A stretch of DNA of 64,000 nt, from NCBI GenBank assembly GCA_951406725.2, contig OX597831.1, forward strand, positions 73,594,001 to 73,658,000, in the 5' to 3' direction. The stretch is from Octopus vulgaris. Lineage: Eukaryota. A program made the position numbers and the translations under genes. The notes under the pieces are model-generated. The model had not been told where the DNA came from. It saw nothing but the letters and a program-made list of their open reading frames with translations, and made no database searches. Shown piece by piece: positions 12,961-25,837 of the stretch; the stretch's first letter is position 1; each line of letters opens with the position of its first letter.

Positions 12961-13630
12961 TTCTACCAATCCCACAACCCAATATTCTAATTTAGAATTT
13001 AACAAACCAAGTTCTAACATAGAAACAAGGCCACACGAGAAGAGGAAGAGGAGGAGGTCTAATTGGATGGGTTGATTTCAGTACATACCTGTTGCTCTAC
13101 TTCAATTTTATTGGCCCCAGAAGAACAGAACGGAAACAAAATCCAGACGACATTTTATGCCAACGCTCTACCAACTTCCATGTAACATTCAACATGGCTG
13201 CTACTAATAAGCAGTAAATCCCCAGAGATTTATCACTAAATCAGGCTAATCTCTTGTGAGATTTCTGTCTAAATTAGAAACCATTTCGAATTGAAAGTTA
13301 TTTTGGTTTCAACGTTTAAAGTTTCAATGTGGCTTATTTTTGGAAACAAGTTGTTTTTGTTGTTAGAGGTTGGTCCTTGCCCAGCAGATATCTATGATCA
13401 GAGATCTTCCAACTATGACCATCCCTGCATTATATCCAGACATACTGTCTCTTCTGAGACAAGGGAGGCTCGACTGATCTATATGTAGCAGCTCATTCCA
13501 TCAACATTAACACAATAACCACTCTCACCCACACTACAATTGTCACCATGGCCACCACCTATCACTATCACCCCCACCTTCCTCCCAACACTACCATCCT
13601 CAGTTCTTTTCGGTGCCAGTTTGATTTTAA

Positions 13631-13850
13631 CCCTTTCGTTACCAACCTGGCTGAAACCGGCTCTGGCTCTGAGTACAAATGTCTTGTTTTCATAAGTTCT
13701 GAATTAAAATCTTCCACCAAACCTTAGTCACAATTTATGTTCCTAACACTAGCTGAATGATAACTAAGTTATTTTGATAAATTCTTTGTTATATTTAAAG
13801 TAATTCAAAGAAACACAGGGCATCTCAAAGTAAATGCGGTAACGAAAGGG
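13631..13850 (+). mobile_element. piggyBac-type MITE
   Basis: TTAA|CCCTTTCGTTACC...GGTAACGAAAGGG perfect 13-bp TIR. The right TTAA is missing. Confidence 0.8.
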
Positions 13851-14320
13851 ATGCCAATATCTTGGCTTTACAAATGGGCACCCAAGAATGGAAAAGAGAA
13901 AAAATCACCAGGATTTTGTTATATTTCCTTATAGCAATGAAAACTAGAGATGGACAAAGGGAGATTGGAATACTCCTGGTTAAAACCTTGTCCTAGAGGA
14001 TTTATGTTGTTCGTTTAACCCCTACCCCAACTGAACTATTGTTAGGGATCTACATTTACAATGCAGTCATTCTTTTTTTTTAATTTGAGGGAGATTTAGC
14101 TATTTCTAATAGATGGACTGACCTTGTAATGGTTCTCCTGTCATTCGTTGTTTAGCCACATGCTAACTCTGAACAAATAGAAATTATCAAAAACGTCCCA
14201 ACCATGACTATCCTGTCTTGCATTCAGATACAGTTTATTTAGGACTGCATTCTCCAAAGTGACTCTCAATTTGTAAGCCGATAGGGCGTCATTTGAGGGA
14301 TATCTGGCTGCCATTGACAG

Positions 14321-14351
<31 letters not shown>

Positions 14352-14715
14352 GGGGGGTGACAAAGATTTGCTGGCGTTCTTACAGGATTGTAAATTATCT
14401 AATGTGTCAAAAACTAATTTCCTCAAATGTGTATGCTTTAACCATTATAGATTATGATTCTACAACAAAAGGGGGGGGACGACGTCTAGGGAATGGGGCT
14501 CATCCCATTCTCATTTTCTATCTATTTTTCACTTTCTTTCGAATTTCTTTAGACTTATGCTTTAAACATCTGAAATTATAATTCTTTAAAAATATACTTG
14601 ATTAAAAAAAAAAAAAAATCGCCCCCCCACACAAACGAACAAAAAAAACCCAGTTAAAACTGAAAAAATAAAATAAAATTATGGTCAGGCAGGATGCAAC
14701 CAGCAATAATCTCTC

Positions 14716-14880
14716 GCTACGTTCTGAGTTCAAATTCTGCCGAGGTCGACTTTGCCTCTCATCCTTTTGGGGTTGATAAAATAAGTACCAGTTGAACACT
14801 GGGGTCGATGTAATCGAATCACCCCCACCTCCCCCAAGCTGCCCTTGTGGCAAAAGAAAAAAAAAGAAATTGAAATATTA
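14716..14880 (+). mobile_element. SINE family B fragment
   Basis: CTACGTTCTGAGTTCAAATTC...GACTTTGCC core. Confidence 0.75.
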
Positions 14881-15090
14881 TTCCAGAATCGTAATCTACG
14901 ATACTGGAAAGAAGTAACATTGGCGCCTCAGATAATTTCCAACTCTATTCTACAAGAATGGTAGATTTGCTTATTTCCCCCCAAGACGGGTGGGTGTCTC
15001 CTGTAACCCAGTAAAACTCTCACAAAATTATTTTCAATAAATATTCTAATACTTTTGGTTATTGTTTTCAATTTAACTGCAATAATAATT

Positions 15091-15484
15091 TCTCTCTATA
15101 TAAAGCTGAAGTTGTCTTCAGTGTATGGCAGGTTTGGTAGCCTTCAACTAACGCTATCTCCTCCGAGACCCTGCGGCGCAAGTTGACCAAAATTGAGAGT
15201 ATGATAGAAGAAGGCTTGCTCTTCATTCCGTAGAAGAAAAAATTCAAATCGGACCATGTTAACACCAAAAATTATTTACATCAAAAAGGTGCTTTTTTTT
15301 CTATGAAAATCCCTATTTTTTACGGTTTTTTGACTGCTGTGTCACCAATTTTCGGTGTATTTCAACCAGAAAAATGTTCGCTTAAAGAGAATAACAAGCT
15401 ACATAATGCAACATTTTTACTTTTCAAAAATTCCAATTCTAAAGGGTCGAAACAAACCCGAGCAATGCCGGGCGATACTGCTAG
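15091..15484 (+). mobile_element. Non-autonomous Helitron-type element, copy 2
   Basis: TC start, subterminal hairpin CCCGAGC-AAT-GCCGGG and CTAG-T end. Sits in an (AAT)n tract. Homologous to 760-1139. Confidence 0.8.
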
Positions 15485-15713
15485 TAATAATAATAATAAT
15501 GATGATGCCCTTCATTATATAAACTACATTGTTATTGTTAGTCATATATTACTAGTTAGTTACTAACTTACAACAATATTTATTTAATTACTTTAATTGT
15601 CGTTTATGATATTTGAATGGCGTATGATATTTTAAATTTTTGTTTTAGCCAAAAAAAAAAAAAAAGTGTGACATTTCGCACATGATCGAAGTTTCGCTTT
15701 CGAACGAATCAAT

Positions 15714-15888
15714 GGCAATCTTTCGTCTCTAGTAGACCTTTCCGTCGATTTCCGTAAAAATTTTTTTTTTTTTTTTACATATGGGCTTGCGGAACTTTTG
15801 AAGTAATGAGAGCGAAAGAGACTAAGAGAAAGCGATTGTATGACGAGGGAAGTTCTTTTGAAGTTACCGTGCATGGGAAGCATTGATG

Positions 15889-15930
<42 letters not shown>

Positions 15931-16166
15931 ATTGGGTGTGGGAGACAGACAGTATGTTGTGTAAGTGAAGTGCTTCTGTTAGTGTGTGTGAAGAGACAGA
16001 GAGAGTAATGTGTGAAAGAAAGAGATAACTGAATTTTTTACTTGGTGTATGTGTATATGTATGTATGTATGTATATTACTTCAAAAGTTGCCGCAAGCCC
16101 ATATGTAAAAAAAAATTTTTTTTTACGGAAATCAACGGAAAGGTCTACTAGAGACGAAAGATCGCC
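15714..16166. mobile_element. MITE with about 90-bp TIRs and 8-bp TSD (Merlin- or MULE-like)
   Basis: TIRs GGC(A/G)ATCTTTCGTCTCTAGTAGACC...TTTTGAAGTAAT at 15714-15807 and 16075-16166. TSD GAATCAAT on both sides. Confidence 0.85.
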
Positions 16167-16700
16167 GAATCAATCTTGTTTTAGTTTGATTTCGATCTTA
16201 CAGAAATTAAAAAAAAAAAAAAATTAACATTTTTCAGTGATTTTCTTCCTTCTTTCTATTAGAATAAAGTGATTGCGTTATTTTGTAGTGGCAATGTGGT
16301 AGTTTAGCGTACCGGCTTTTATTTTTGCAGAAGTACTTCTTACTGAAAACGTGGTAAGGAAAAGCGAACTTATCTAACTTCAACTGGTCTCTTTCCTGAC
16401 CTTCAGCATTCAGTCGGTCTCGAACCAAAAGATGTCCATTTATTTCACGGATCTGTTGTGCCATGATATAACAGGGGGTACTTTGATTTTATCAACAAGA
16501 CACACATATACGACCTGGCCGTGATCAATCGTTGGCCCCAAATTCTCCTAAATGAAGTCAACAATATTTCCTTCGTTTATGTAAAACTACTGCCACACTA
16601 TGACAGAAGCTTGGGAAAATGAAAAATGTACGTCATAATCCATCATCACCCTTACTGCTTTCCGCCCTGCTTGTCTCTTATCGTGTGTGTATATATATCA

Positions 16701-17056
16701 GTAATAACAAAGGGTAAAATTAATTAATTAAAAAGTAATCAATAATTTCACCAAATAGAGTTTGGCATGAAAAAAGGACCATTTTATGGTAAACATAAGT
16801 AATACTAAATAATTAGGGTTCAGCAAAGATTTGCTTTACCACATACCGAAGCTTAGAAATAGCAGCCAAAAAACGTTAGTTATTTCTTCTACTTAAAAAG
16901 GGACTCCCAGAAAAACCAAAATACTTGAAAGCAATTGCTTGGTTTTTCTGGGAGTCCCTTTTTAAGTAGAAGAAATAGCTAACGTTTTTTGGCTGCTATT
17001 TCTAAGCTTCGGTATGTGGTAAAGCAAATCTTTGCTGAACCCTAATTATTTAGTAT
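16701..17056 (+). mobile_element. Penelope-like terminal fragment with 118-bp fold-back
   Basis: Arms at 16802-16919 and 16939-17056 with one mismatch. The same family at 63371-63637 has a shorter inverted end. Confidence 0.65.
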
Positions 17057-17989
17057 GTGTGTGTGTGTGTGTGTGTACATACACAGATTCTATCTCCCAG
17101 TTACTTAAGATTTCCCACATCTCCAGATGAAGGAATAGCGTCGACACCCCTAACATTTGAACCACAGACTCACTGTAATAAAAGTGAAGCACAAACCCTA
17201 ATTCAACGAAACCCCTTGGTATCGACAAAGCTGCCATATCCTGTCTTTTGATAAGTTCTAGACATTAACCGACGGACTTAAGCCGGGTGGATTGCTTCAG
17301 CCAAACGATCATTGCATTTCATTATATTGTTAAAATCCGAAAAACATCGAGGAAATGAATTGTAGAAGAACTATCACTTTGTATTAATTAAATACACAGG
17401 GAAAAGGCATGAAGACCACATCATCTCGTACACGTGTAGTCTTCTGAGAAGAGATCAAATTATTACACACCATTGCAGTATGTAATAATAGCGTGGGGCA
17501 AAATCGATTAAAGAAGTAGTGGAAGGGATTTGAGGAAATATGGTTCTTAAGTGGTGAGGAACCAAAAAGAACAACGGTATATGGGTGGGAAGGGGTGATG
17601 GTGGAACTGATAAAAGTGTGGGACAAAAGCATCTTGGAGTACACGGTTACGATGTTTTATGTTCTAATTTCACATTTCATGCACTTCTACCTTTGTAAAA
17701 CAAGTACTGGAGTCAAAAGAATCGGTTAAGCCGTTGAAAGTGACATTGCTCCAGCATGACCACATATTAAAAAAAGTCTAAAAAATAATATAACATACAA
17801 GAAGGCTGTGTGAGAGTCTTATTTTGTAAATTAGGAAACCATAAGCAAAAATTCGGCGCTGTTAGAATTATAGCTTTTGTTGCGGTTTCATTTTCCTACA
17901 AAGGCGTGGTGACAAGTTTGCTTTCCCAAGCACACGGATCCCCGATTCGGTCTCTCAACAAATTCCGCCTGACTCATGCCAGCATGACG

Positions 17990-18059
<70 letters not shown>

Positions 18060-18345
18060 GCGGTATATGTTTATTAATCACAAACTCTTTAATATTAAAC
18101 ATTTTTTCCTATAAAGTAATTGTTTACAAAGACCAGATTTAAAAAATATATAAATGATGATGGTGATACATGTATAAAGCAAATTTATATAAACACAATA
18201 TATATATATATATATATATATAAATACATACACACGCATGTATACACACACACACATATATATATAATATTATATATATGCACACACACATTATATATAT
18301 ATAATATATACATAAACACACACGCGTGTATGTATACACACACAC

Positions 18346-18391
<46 letters not shown>

Positions 18392-18884
18392 TGTATATAA
18401 GTATATATACATATAACATTTAAATCAAAGATGAATTTTATTGATGAAATTTCTAAACACACACACACTTTTCTCTAATGATTAGCAGGCAGTGTTGCAC
18501 ACAAAATCTCGCGTCCATTACCTCACCCCTACATAACAACAATCACAATGTTATGCACTGCGTGTGCCAATATAAACGAAGGATAATTTCAACATAACTT
18601 TGACACATCATCATCCCTCAATGGCTAATAAAACTGTCTTGGCAGGTTTTTAATGAAGGCCTGACAATAAACTGCCATCACCACCATCGTCCCACACACA
18701 CACATTCTTTTCAAGGGAATATATTAAACATATTTTAACAGTTTGGAATTGGCTGTCCTTCGAGGTCCCACATCTCATGGGAAACGAAAAGGAGTAGTTT
18801 TCATTTTTTTTCTGTAAACGATTACTTTTCTCTCTCTCTCTCACACACACACTAAGGAAAATGACTAATCTTTAAAACATTTTC

Positions 18885-19220
18885 TCATCTTTTTCTTTAA
18901 CTTCAGCCATTGAACTATGCCCACGCTGGAGCACCACCTTGAAGGGTTTAAGTCGAACACAGACATCAGAACTTAGTTTACCATCTCTCTTATTGAACTG
19001 CTAAGTTACGAGAACAGAAACAAACCAACACCAGTTGTCAAGCGACGATGGGGACAAACGCAATACACATGACGGGCTTCCGCACATTTTCCGTCTACTA
19101 AACTCCCAAGATATTGGTCGACCTGGTACTCCAGTCAGACATATGGTCACGGTGCCGAGCAGTAGCACTGGACCCGAAACGACATCGTTACAAAGCAAAC
19201 TTCTGAGCCATACCTGCACC
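18885..19220 (-). mobile_element. SINE family A, diverged copy
   Basis: GCTGGAGCACCACC and CCGTCTACTAAA motifs. Confidence 0.65.
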
Positions 19221-19790
19221 CCAAATTTATTATTTTTTAAAATTCGCCTTCCCCGCTTCAGCCCCGTTTTTCATGCCATGAACTACGGGACTTCGAAGGA
19301 CACGTGTTCTAAAAAAAATCCACTGAAACATTTTGGGGGAATTTTAATAAAAATAAACATAAAATCTTGACAAATTCATCAAAATCAAACTTAATGAACT
19401 TTGTTTTTAGAATCTTTTTACTAAAACAAATCAAAAATTAAAACAACAAATTTTAATTAATTCTAATTATTAATTGCTACATTAATTTAGGCAACTAAAC
19501 ATTCTATGTACTCAGGAATTTTTCGCGCGCGCGTCTATGTGAATAAATACTATAAGACCCAGTTGATTTGGCCGGGAGTCTAAAACGTTGCTTAGATAGC
19601 CCTCTGTCTGTCTGTCTGTCTTACTGTCAATCAATCAATCAAACAGGAGAGTGGAAAAATTACTGGTATTATCAGGGTAAATAAATAACACCTTATTTTT
19701 TTTTCTATCAAATCTCTTGTTCTGATATGTAATGACTCTGCAAAAACTATTTCTCCAGTTCTTAAGAATACCTCACACAAATATAAGATC

Positions 19791-19990
19791 CTCTTTTACT
19801 TGTTTCAGTCATTTGACATCGGCCATGCTGGAGCACCGCTTTTAGTCGAGCAACTCGACCCCGGGACTTATTCTTTTGTAAGCCCAGTACTTATTCTATT
19901 GGTCTCTTTTGCCGAACCGCTAAGTGACGGGGACATAAACACACCAGCATCGGTTGTCAAGCAATGCTAGGGGGACAAACACAGACACAC

Positions 19991-20043
<53 letters not shown>

Positions 20044-20209
20044 TACGACGGGCTTCTTTCAGTTTCCGTCTACCAAATCCACTCAGAAGGCTTTGGTCGG
20101 CCCGAGGCTATAGTAGAAGACACTTGCCCAAGGTGCCACGCAGTGGGACGGAACCTGGAACCATGTGGTTGGTAAACAAGTTACTTACCACACAGCCACT
20201 CCTGCGCCT
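19791..20209 (-). mobile_element. SINE family A, young full-length copy
   Basis: Complete head, (TA)n centre and tail. Confidence 0.9.
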
Positions 20210-20564
20210 AATACAAATTGTAATACAATATACAAATTTGGAATATTGTAATAAGCCGATGGGCTTCAGGAGGGCGCAGCTTGCATTATAGACCTGTCTA
20301 TATAACCAGTCCGTCAGTCTATCTAAAACTGTATAGTTTTAGATATATAATTCATATGAAAATGAATTTTACTTGTCCTTTTTTTATTTCCATTTATTAC
20401 ATACAAGTTATAATATATAATGGCTGTGTGGTTAAGAAGCTCGCTTTGCGTCCACATGGTTCTGGGTTCAACCTCACAGAGTGACACCATTTCTACTATA
20501 ACATCACCTGGACCTATCAATGCTGTGTGAGTGAATTTGCTGGACGAAACCTGTGTGGAATCCC

Positions 20565-20948
20565 GGAGTGGCTGTGTGGTAAGTAGCTTGCTTATGAACC
20601 ACATGGTTCCAGGTTCAGTCCCACTGCGTGGCACCTTGGGCAAGTGTCTTCTGCTATAGCCCCGGGCCAACCAATGCCTTGTGAGTGGATTTGGTAGACG
20701 GAAACTGAAAGAAGCCCGTCGTATATATGTATATATATGTATGTGTGTGTGTGTCTGTGTTTGTCCCCCTAGTATTGCTTGACAACCGATGCTGGTGTGT
20801 TTATGTCCCCGTTACTTAGCGGTTCGGCAAAAGAGGCAGAATAAGTACTGGGCTTACAAAGAATAAGTCCCGGGTTGAGTTGCTCGATTAAAGGTGGTGC
20901 TCCAGCATGGCCGCAGTCAAATGACTGAAACAAGTAAAAGAGTAAAAG
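20565..20948 (+). mobile_element. SINE family A, young copy, placed after an older head (20420-20560)
   Basis: GGAGTGGCTGTGTGG...GTAAAAGAGTAAAAG. Confidence 0.9.
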
Positions 20949-22144
20949 CGTATACAAAAGACAGGATGGTCACGAATGGAATACTTTTGATCAACGGTTT
21001 GCTCAATCAGGCAAGACCTGGGGTTAAACAACAACTGCTATATCACACCTTATTTTTGTTTTCTAAGGAAGGACATGTTGAATAATTTTGTCTGAGATAC
21101 ACAATGGAACCGAGAGGGGATGGTCCCTGCTAGGTCAGGACTGACCTGGGACTAAACAACGGCGACCCAGAGGAGAGAATATATGTGAAGGAAAACGATA
21201 AAGAGTGAAAGAGGGAGGGAGAAAGGCAAAGATAGAAAGGATAAGAAGAGTAAGGTGGAAGGAGGGAAGGGGAGGACGAAGAGGAGTGGGAGATATTTCA
21301 GCAACCAGCACAATAGAATTAGCGGCCAAGAAGAGAGGGATCAGTTTATATATGTTTTATAGTTGTAAAACTATCCCTAACTTTGTGTCCATGCTTGAAA
21401 TCCCTACTTTTTTTTTCGTTCAATATATTTAATGTTTTCGGGTTTTGCTTTTTGTTTATGAATATAGTCTTGCCTTAAAATAGTTGCAATGTGGAATGTG
21501 AGGTGTGAAACATGTTTAAGGTGTGTTATAAAATGGAAAAGAAACCCTAGTTATTTTACAAATTATTTCTAATTGTTTTCTCTAATTACATACAATTGAA
21601 TGAAAAGGGGGAGAAAGGGGAAAATACAAAACCTTTAATTTGACCCTTTAATTTTAAAAACCGATTCTTTTTCGTAGGATATATACATTTTATATTATAT
21701 ATATACGCGCGCGCACGTATTTTCTGGTGTATAATAAGTCGCATCCCTAATTTAGTGTTAAATCTTGGTACGAAATTCCTCCCTCCATAATTTTAGCTTT
21801 ACCCATAGTACGGAGCAAATACGGTGTACACACACAAATATTTAATTAAACAGCCACACACATGCATAAAGTCTGAACCGGACACTTTATTGGTAACTGC
21901 ATATATGAAAGAGTGTGTATGTGTTTATACACGCAGCTACATGGCATAATATACATGCACATGTGCGTAGATACATGTACATGTATCAATAGCACGCATT
22001 CATACATACATGTGTGTGTGTGTGTGTGTGTACATGTCACTCACAGAAAGAAGAAGCCGGTTAAGAATATTCGCTATTATGAAGAGAATGGTCGCAAAAA
22101 TCCAGTTTCGATTCTTCGATTGCGTTTTTATTGTTTCAAGCTAC

Positions 22145-22331
22145 ATACAGGAGCATACAGGTGCAAAACAAGGTGGAAAAAACAGTACTCAGTTGAGTAA
22201 AAGAATATTTTATTGCGGCTGAAAAGACTTCCCGAACTGTTGTTACTCAGAGTTTAACATAACCGACAGCTGCCTGAGGATCGGTGATGTTAAACTCTGA
22301 GTAACAATTTGGGAAGTCTTTTCAGCTGCAA
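22145..22331 (+). mobile_element. Penelope-like terminal fragment with fold-back (related to 28710 and 40800)
   Basis: AAACAAGGTGGAAAAAA-AGTACTCA signature. Inverted arms of about 45 bp (GCTGAAAAGACTTCCC...GGGAAGTCTTTTCAGC). Confidence 0.55.
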
Positions 22332-22519
22332 CACACACACACACACATCCAGCTCTTGTGTCATTGAACCAAACTGACTGACAAATAAGGGTACCATTAC
22401 ATGATGGGACGACCTAATCGAATAAATAGCTATGTCTCCAGTCTCAAATCACACCGTATATTTAATACACTCACCCCTACTAAAAACGATGGTATGGTCA
22501 TGGCTGGAATGCTGTGTTC

Positions 22520-22708
22520 CAGTGGTTTTTAACTGGGGTCCACATAAGATTTTACTGTTAGAATTTATCTGCAATAAATTGGTTGGAACTACCAAAGACA
22601 AAATATTTTAATTATTTTAAGACAATTCCTAATAATATTTAATCATATATAATAAAAAAATTTTAAACATCAAATGGCTATGGGTGGAAAAATGGTTGAG
22701 AGCCACTG
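22520..22708. mobile_element. Degenerate hAT(Charlie)-like MITE
   Basis: Imperfect TIR CAGTGGTTTTTAAC...GTTGAGAGCCACTG. TSD not visible. Confidence 0.4.
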
Positions 22709-23282
22709 CCTCAAATGGCAGAAAAGGGCTGCATGTAAAAGGGCACCAAATGTGTAAAAAGTTAAAATTAATATCCTTTCTTAAGGGTAATTTTTATTTT
22801 TGTTTTCACTTTGGATAAGTACAAAAACTATAATAATTGTTATTCTCTCTCTCAATAAATTTCACAATCTCAATATTGGAAAGTGTCCTGATTGATGGCC
22901 AGAATCCATGCGAAACTTTTGAAACATCAATCGCAGACGCCTGCCTTTTTAAGGGCTAAATAACATCAGCTACAATTATGTAACAGGAAGGGCATCTATT
23001 TTGTGGAATGGTCATGTTTGGGAATAATCTTGATATTCATGCTCCTATCAGAGAGAGACCCATTACATGAACTGCTTTTTTGGACAAAGTTTCTTTAAGA
23101 AAAGCTTTCATTTCAGAGAATGGAGAAATCCTCTTTTTATGGAAACTTCTTTTGACAAGTGTGTACAATACACAAGCGAGCATACATACTACACACACAG
23201 ACATACAACTATTGAAGATGTTCATTATGCATAAACACATCACTATTTTATATACCAGGACGTACATTATACATATCTACAA

Positions 23283-23320
<38 letters not shown>

Positions 23321-23373
23321 TTGTATATCTATGACTACCATGTATGTTTGCATATGCTTATCCTTTCTATCTG

Positions 23374-23420
<47 letters not shown>

Positions 23421-23422
<2 letters not shown>

Positions 23423-23467
23423 GTAGAACCTCGGTTTACAAACACCTCTGATCAAGAATAAATTGTG

Positions 23468-23538
<71 letters not shown>

Positions 23539-23596
23539 CATATATATAAGGCACAATTTATTCGCGATCAGAGTTGTTCGAAAACTGAGGTACTAC

Positions 23597-23598
<2 letters not shown>
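23421..23598. mobile_element. Tc1/pogo (Tigger)-like MITE
   Basis: Imperfect TIRs of about 48 bp, CAGTAGAACCTCGG...GAATAAATTGTGC / GCACAATTTATTC...CTGAGGTACTACTG, around a microsatellite core. Confidence 0.6.
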
Positions 23599-23632
<34 letters not shown>

Positions 23633-24289
23633 ACCAAGACATCATAAAGAAGAATGGAGAATCTTCAGAATTTGTTTTATTACAGCATTAGTCTCATTAA
23701 ATTCCAATCTGACACATGTTTCTGCAGAATCGGTGTCCCAGTATCCTTTGATGTAGCATTTATGTGCATTTATGTGATTCTGTTGCAGTAAATATTCATC
23801 CAAGGTAAACATTCTTGTGCAGCTTAGTTCAAGGTTTTACCTGTTCAGGTGAGTGAAACGAACTTTGTATGTATGTACACATGTATGCATCATGTTTGTG
23901 GCTGTAACTTCTTGCATGTATAAATACATGTGTATTATGGTTGCACATACATGTGTGTTATGGTTATATATCTCACAGCTGTGCTAGGAGTGTACACATG
24001 TAGTAATAGTATTACACATGTATACAGGTATATCTGGGTGGTTCAGAAGTTTGCTTGGCAAGCTCATGGCTCTTGGTTCAATCTCACAACACAGCAGCTT
24101 GGGTAAGTGCATTCTAATATAGAATTGGGTTGACCAATGACCTTGTGAATGGAATTTGGTAGATGGAAACTGGAAACTAGCCAGTCACGTGTGTGTGTGT
24201 GTGTGTCTCTATTGGTGTAGTACAATGTTTAAGCCAAAAGGTAACTTAACTATTTGATAAAGAATTAAACTGAAATAACTATAGGAATT

Positions 24290-24572
24290 ACGATGCCAGT
24301 GCCACCATGACTGGCATCTGTGCCGGTGGCACTTAAAAAGCACCAACTGATTGTGGCCATTGCCAGCCTCCCCTGGCCCCTGTGCTGGTGGCACACAAAA
24401 AGCACCCACTACACTCAGAGTGGTTGGTGTTAGGAAGGGCATTCAGCTGTAGAAACACGGCCAGATCAGACTGGGGCCTGGTGCAGCTTCATGGTTTCCC
24501 AGACCCTGGTCAAACCGTCCAACCCATGCTAGCATGGAAAACGGACGTTAAACGATGATGATGATGATGATT
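24290..24572 (+). mobile_element. RTE-tailed SINE fragment
   Basis: GGAAGGGCATTCAGCTGTAGAAAC...CCAACCCATGCTAGCATGGAAAACGGACGTTAAAC(GAT)n. Nested in an old family A copy. Confidence 0.7.
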
Positions 24573-25626
24573 AATATGATTGATTAAAACCGTTCATGGC
24601 AATGCTGTAGCATGGCCACACTCCAATGACTGCAACCAGTTCAAGATCAAAGACGTTATAAACAAATATTTATGCAACATGCATACATACATGTGTCACA
24701 AGTTTACATAGTTGAATGTGTAATATGTATACATGAACACATGTATAATTTGTATACACCCATGCAATATACATACATACGTAACCAGAGTGGAGTCTGG
24801 TGCAGCATGCCAGCCTGGTCAAAGCGTCCAACCCATGCCAGCATGGACAATGGACGTTAAATGAAGATGATGATGATTGTAATATGTATGTATAAGATAA
24901 TGAATTGGCAGTTGTTACAACATCAGAATGAATATCTGTGCCATGAGTTCAAACCTCACCAAGGTCAGTTGTGTGGACTTCATCCTTCTATGGTCACTAA
25001 AGTATCAGTCAAGTAAAGAGGTGAGGGTCAGACCTAGAAAAGGATGAGTTCCACTAGGTTTAGATGCTCAACACAAGTCAGATATCATCTTGGCACTCTG
25101 ATGATTCCACAAGAAGTGGAGGTCATATTGGCAAGGCAAGGCAACATGAAAAATTAGATGACATCATTTTGATGTCTAATTTTTCATGCTTGGATGGAAT
25201 TGGATGGATTTTGTCTACAGCTGGATGCCGTTCTTGTCCCCAACCCTCACCTATTTCCAAACAAAATATTTTCCACACTGGGAACAGAAACGAATGACTT
25301 GTATAACAATGATACTCACAGACAAGAGAGGAAGGTGTACACACACACAAGTTGAATCAACATGAAGGACCTTTCAAACTTCCATCTTTCATCAAACTCA
25401 TTATTGCAGGATTCACCTGGATTTTTATCCATCTGCATTGAACACCTATTAATTTTCATCCTTTGGACTTTCTTTGATTTTTCTGCTCTACTTATATATT
25501 TTATTCTTCATTCGCTTGTAGAAATATGCTATAAATGATTTGATATCTTGCAACCATCTCTTCGTAATTTATTTCTCATTTAATATGAACAATTACAAAA
25601 TAGCTTCTTATAGTCTCATGCTTTAA

Positions 25627-25837
25627 CCCTTTCGTTACCAACCCAGCTGAAACCCCCTCTGGCTCTTTAGTACAAATGTCTTGCTTTCATAAGTTTTGAA
25701 TTGAAATCTTACACCAAATCCTAGTCACAATTTATGTTCCTAACACTAGCTGAATGATAACCAAGTTATTTCACTAAATTCTTTGTTATATTAAAAGAAA
25801 TACAGAGCATCTCAAAAGAAATATGGTAGCAAAAGGG
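25627..25837 (+). mobile_element. piggyBac-type MITE
   Basis: TTAA|CCCTTTCGTTACC...GGTAGCAAAAGGG|TTAA. Confidence 0.85.

Noticed and set aside
16234-16680. 76-aa ORF and CpG-bearing unique DNA (also 17250-17650)
   Set aside because: No recognisable domain or splice signals; possibly old transposon debris.
21716-21824. Possible pogo-like MITE (CGTATTT...AAATACG)
   Set aside because: TIR match is too short and there is no TSD.
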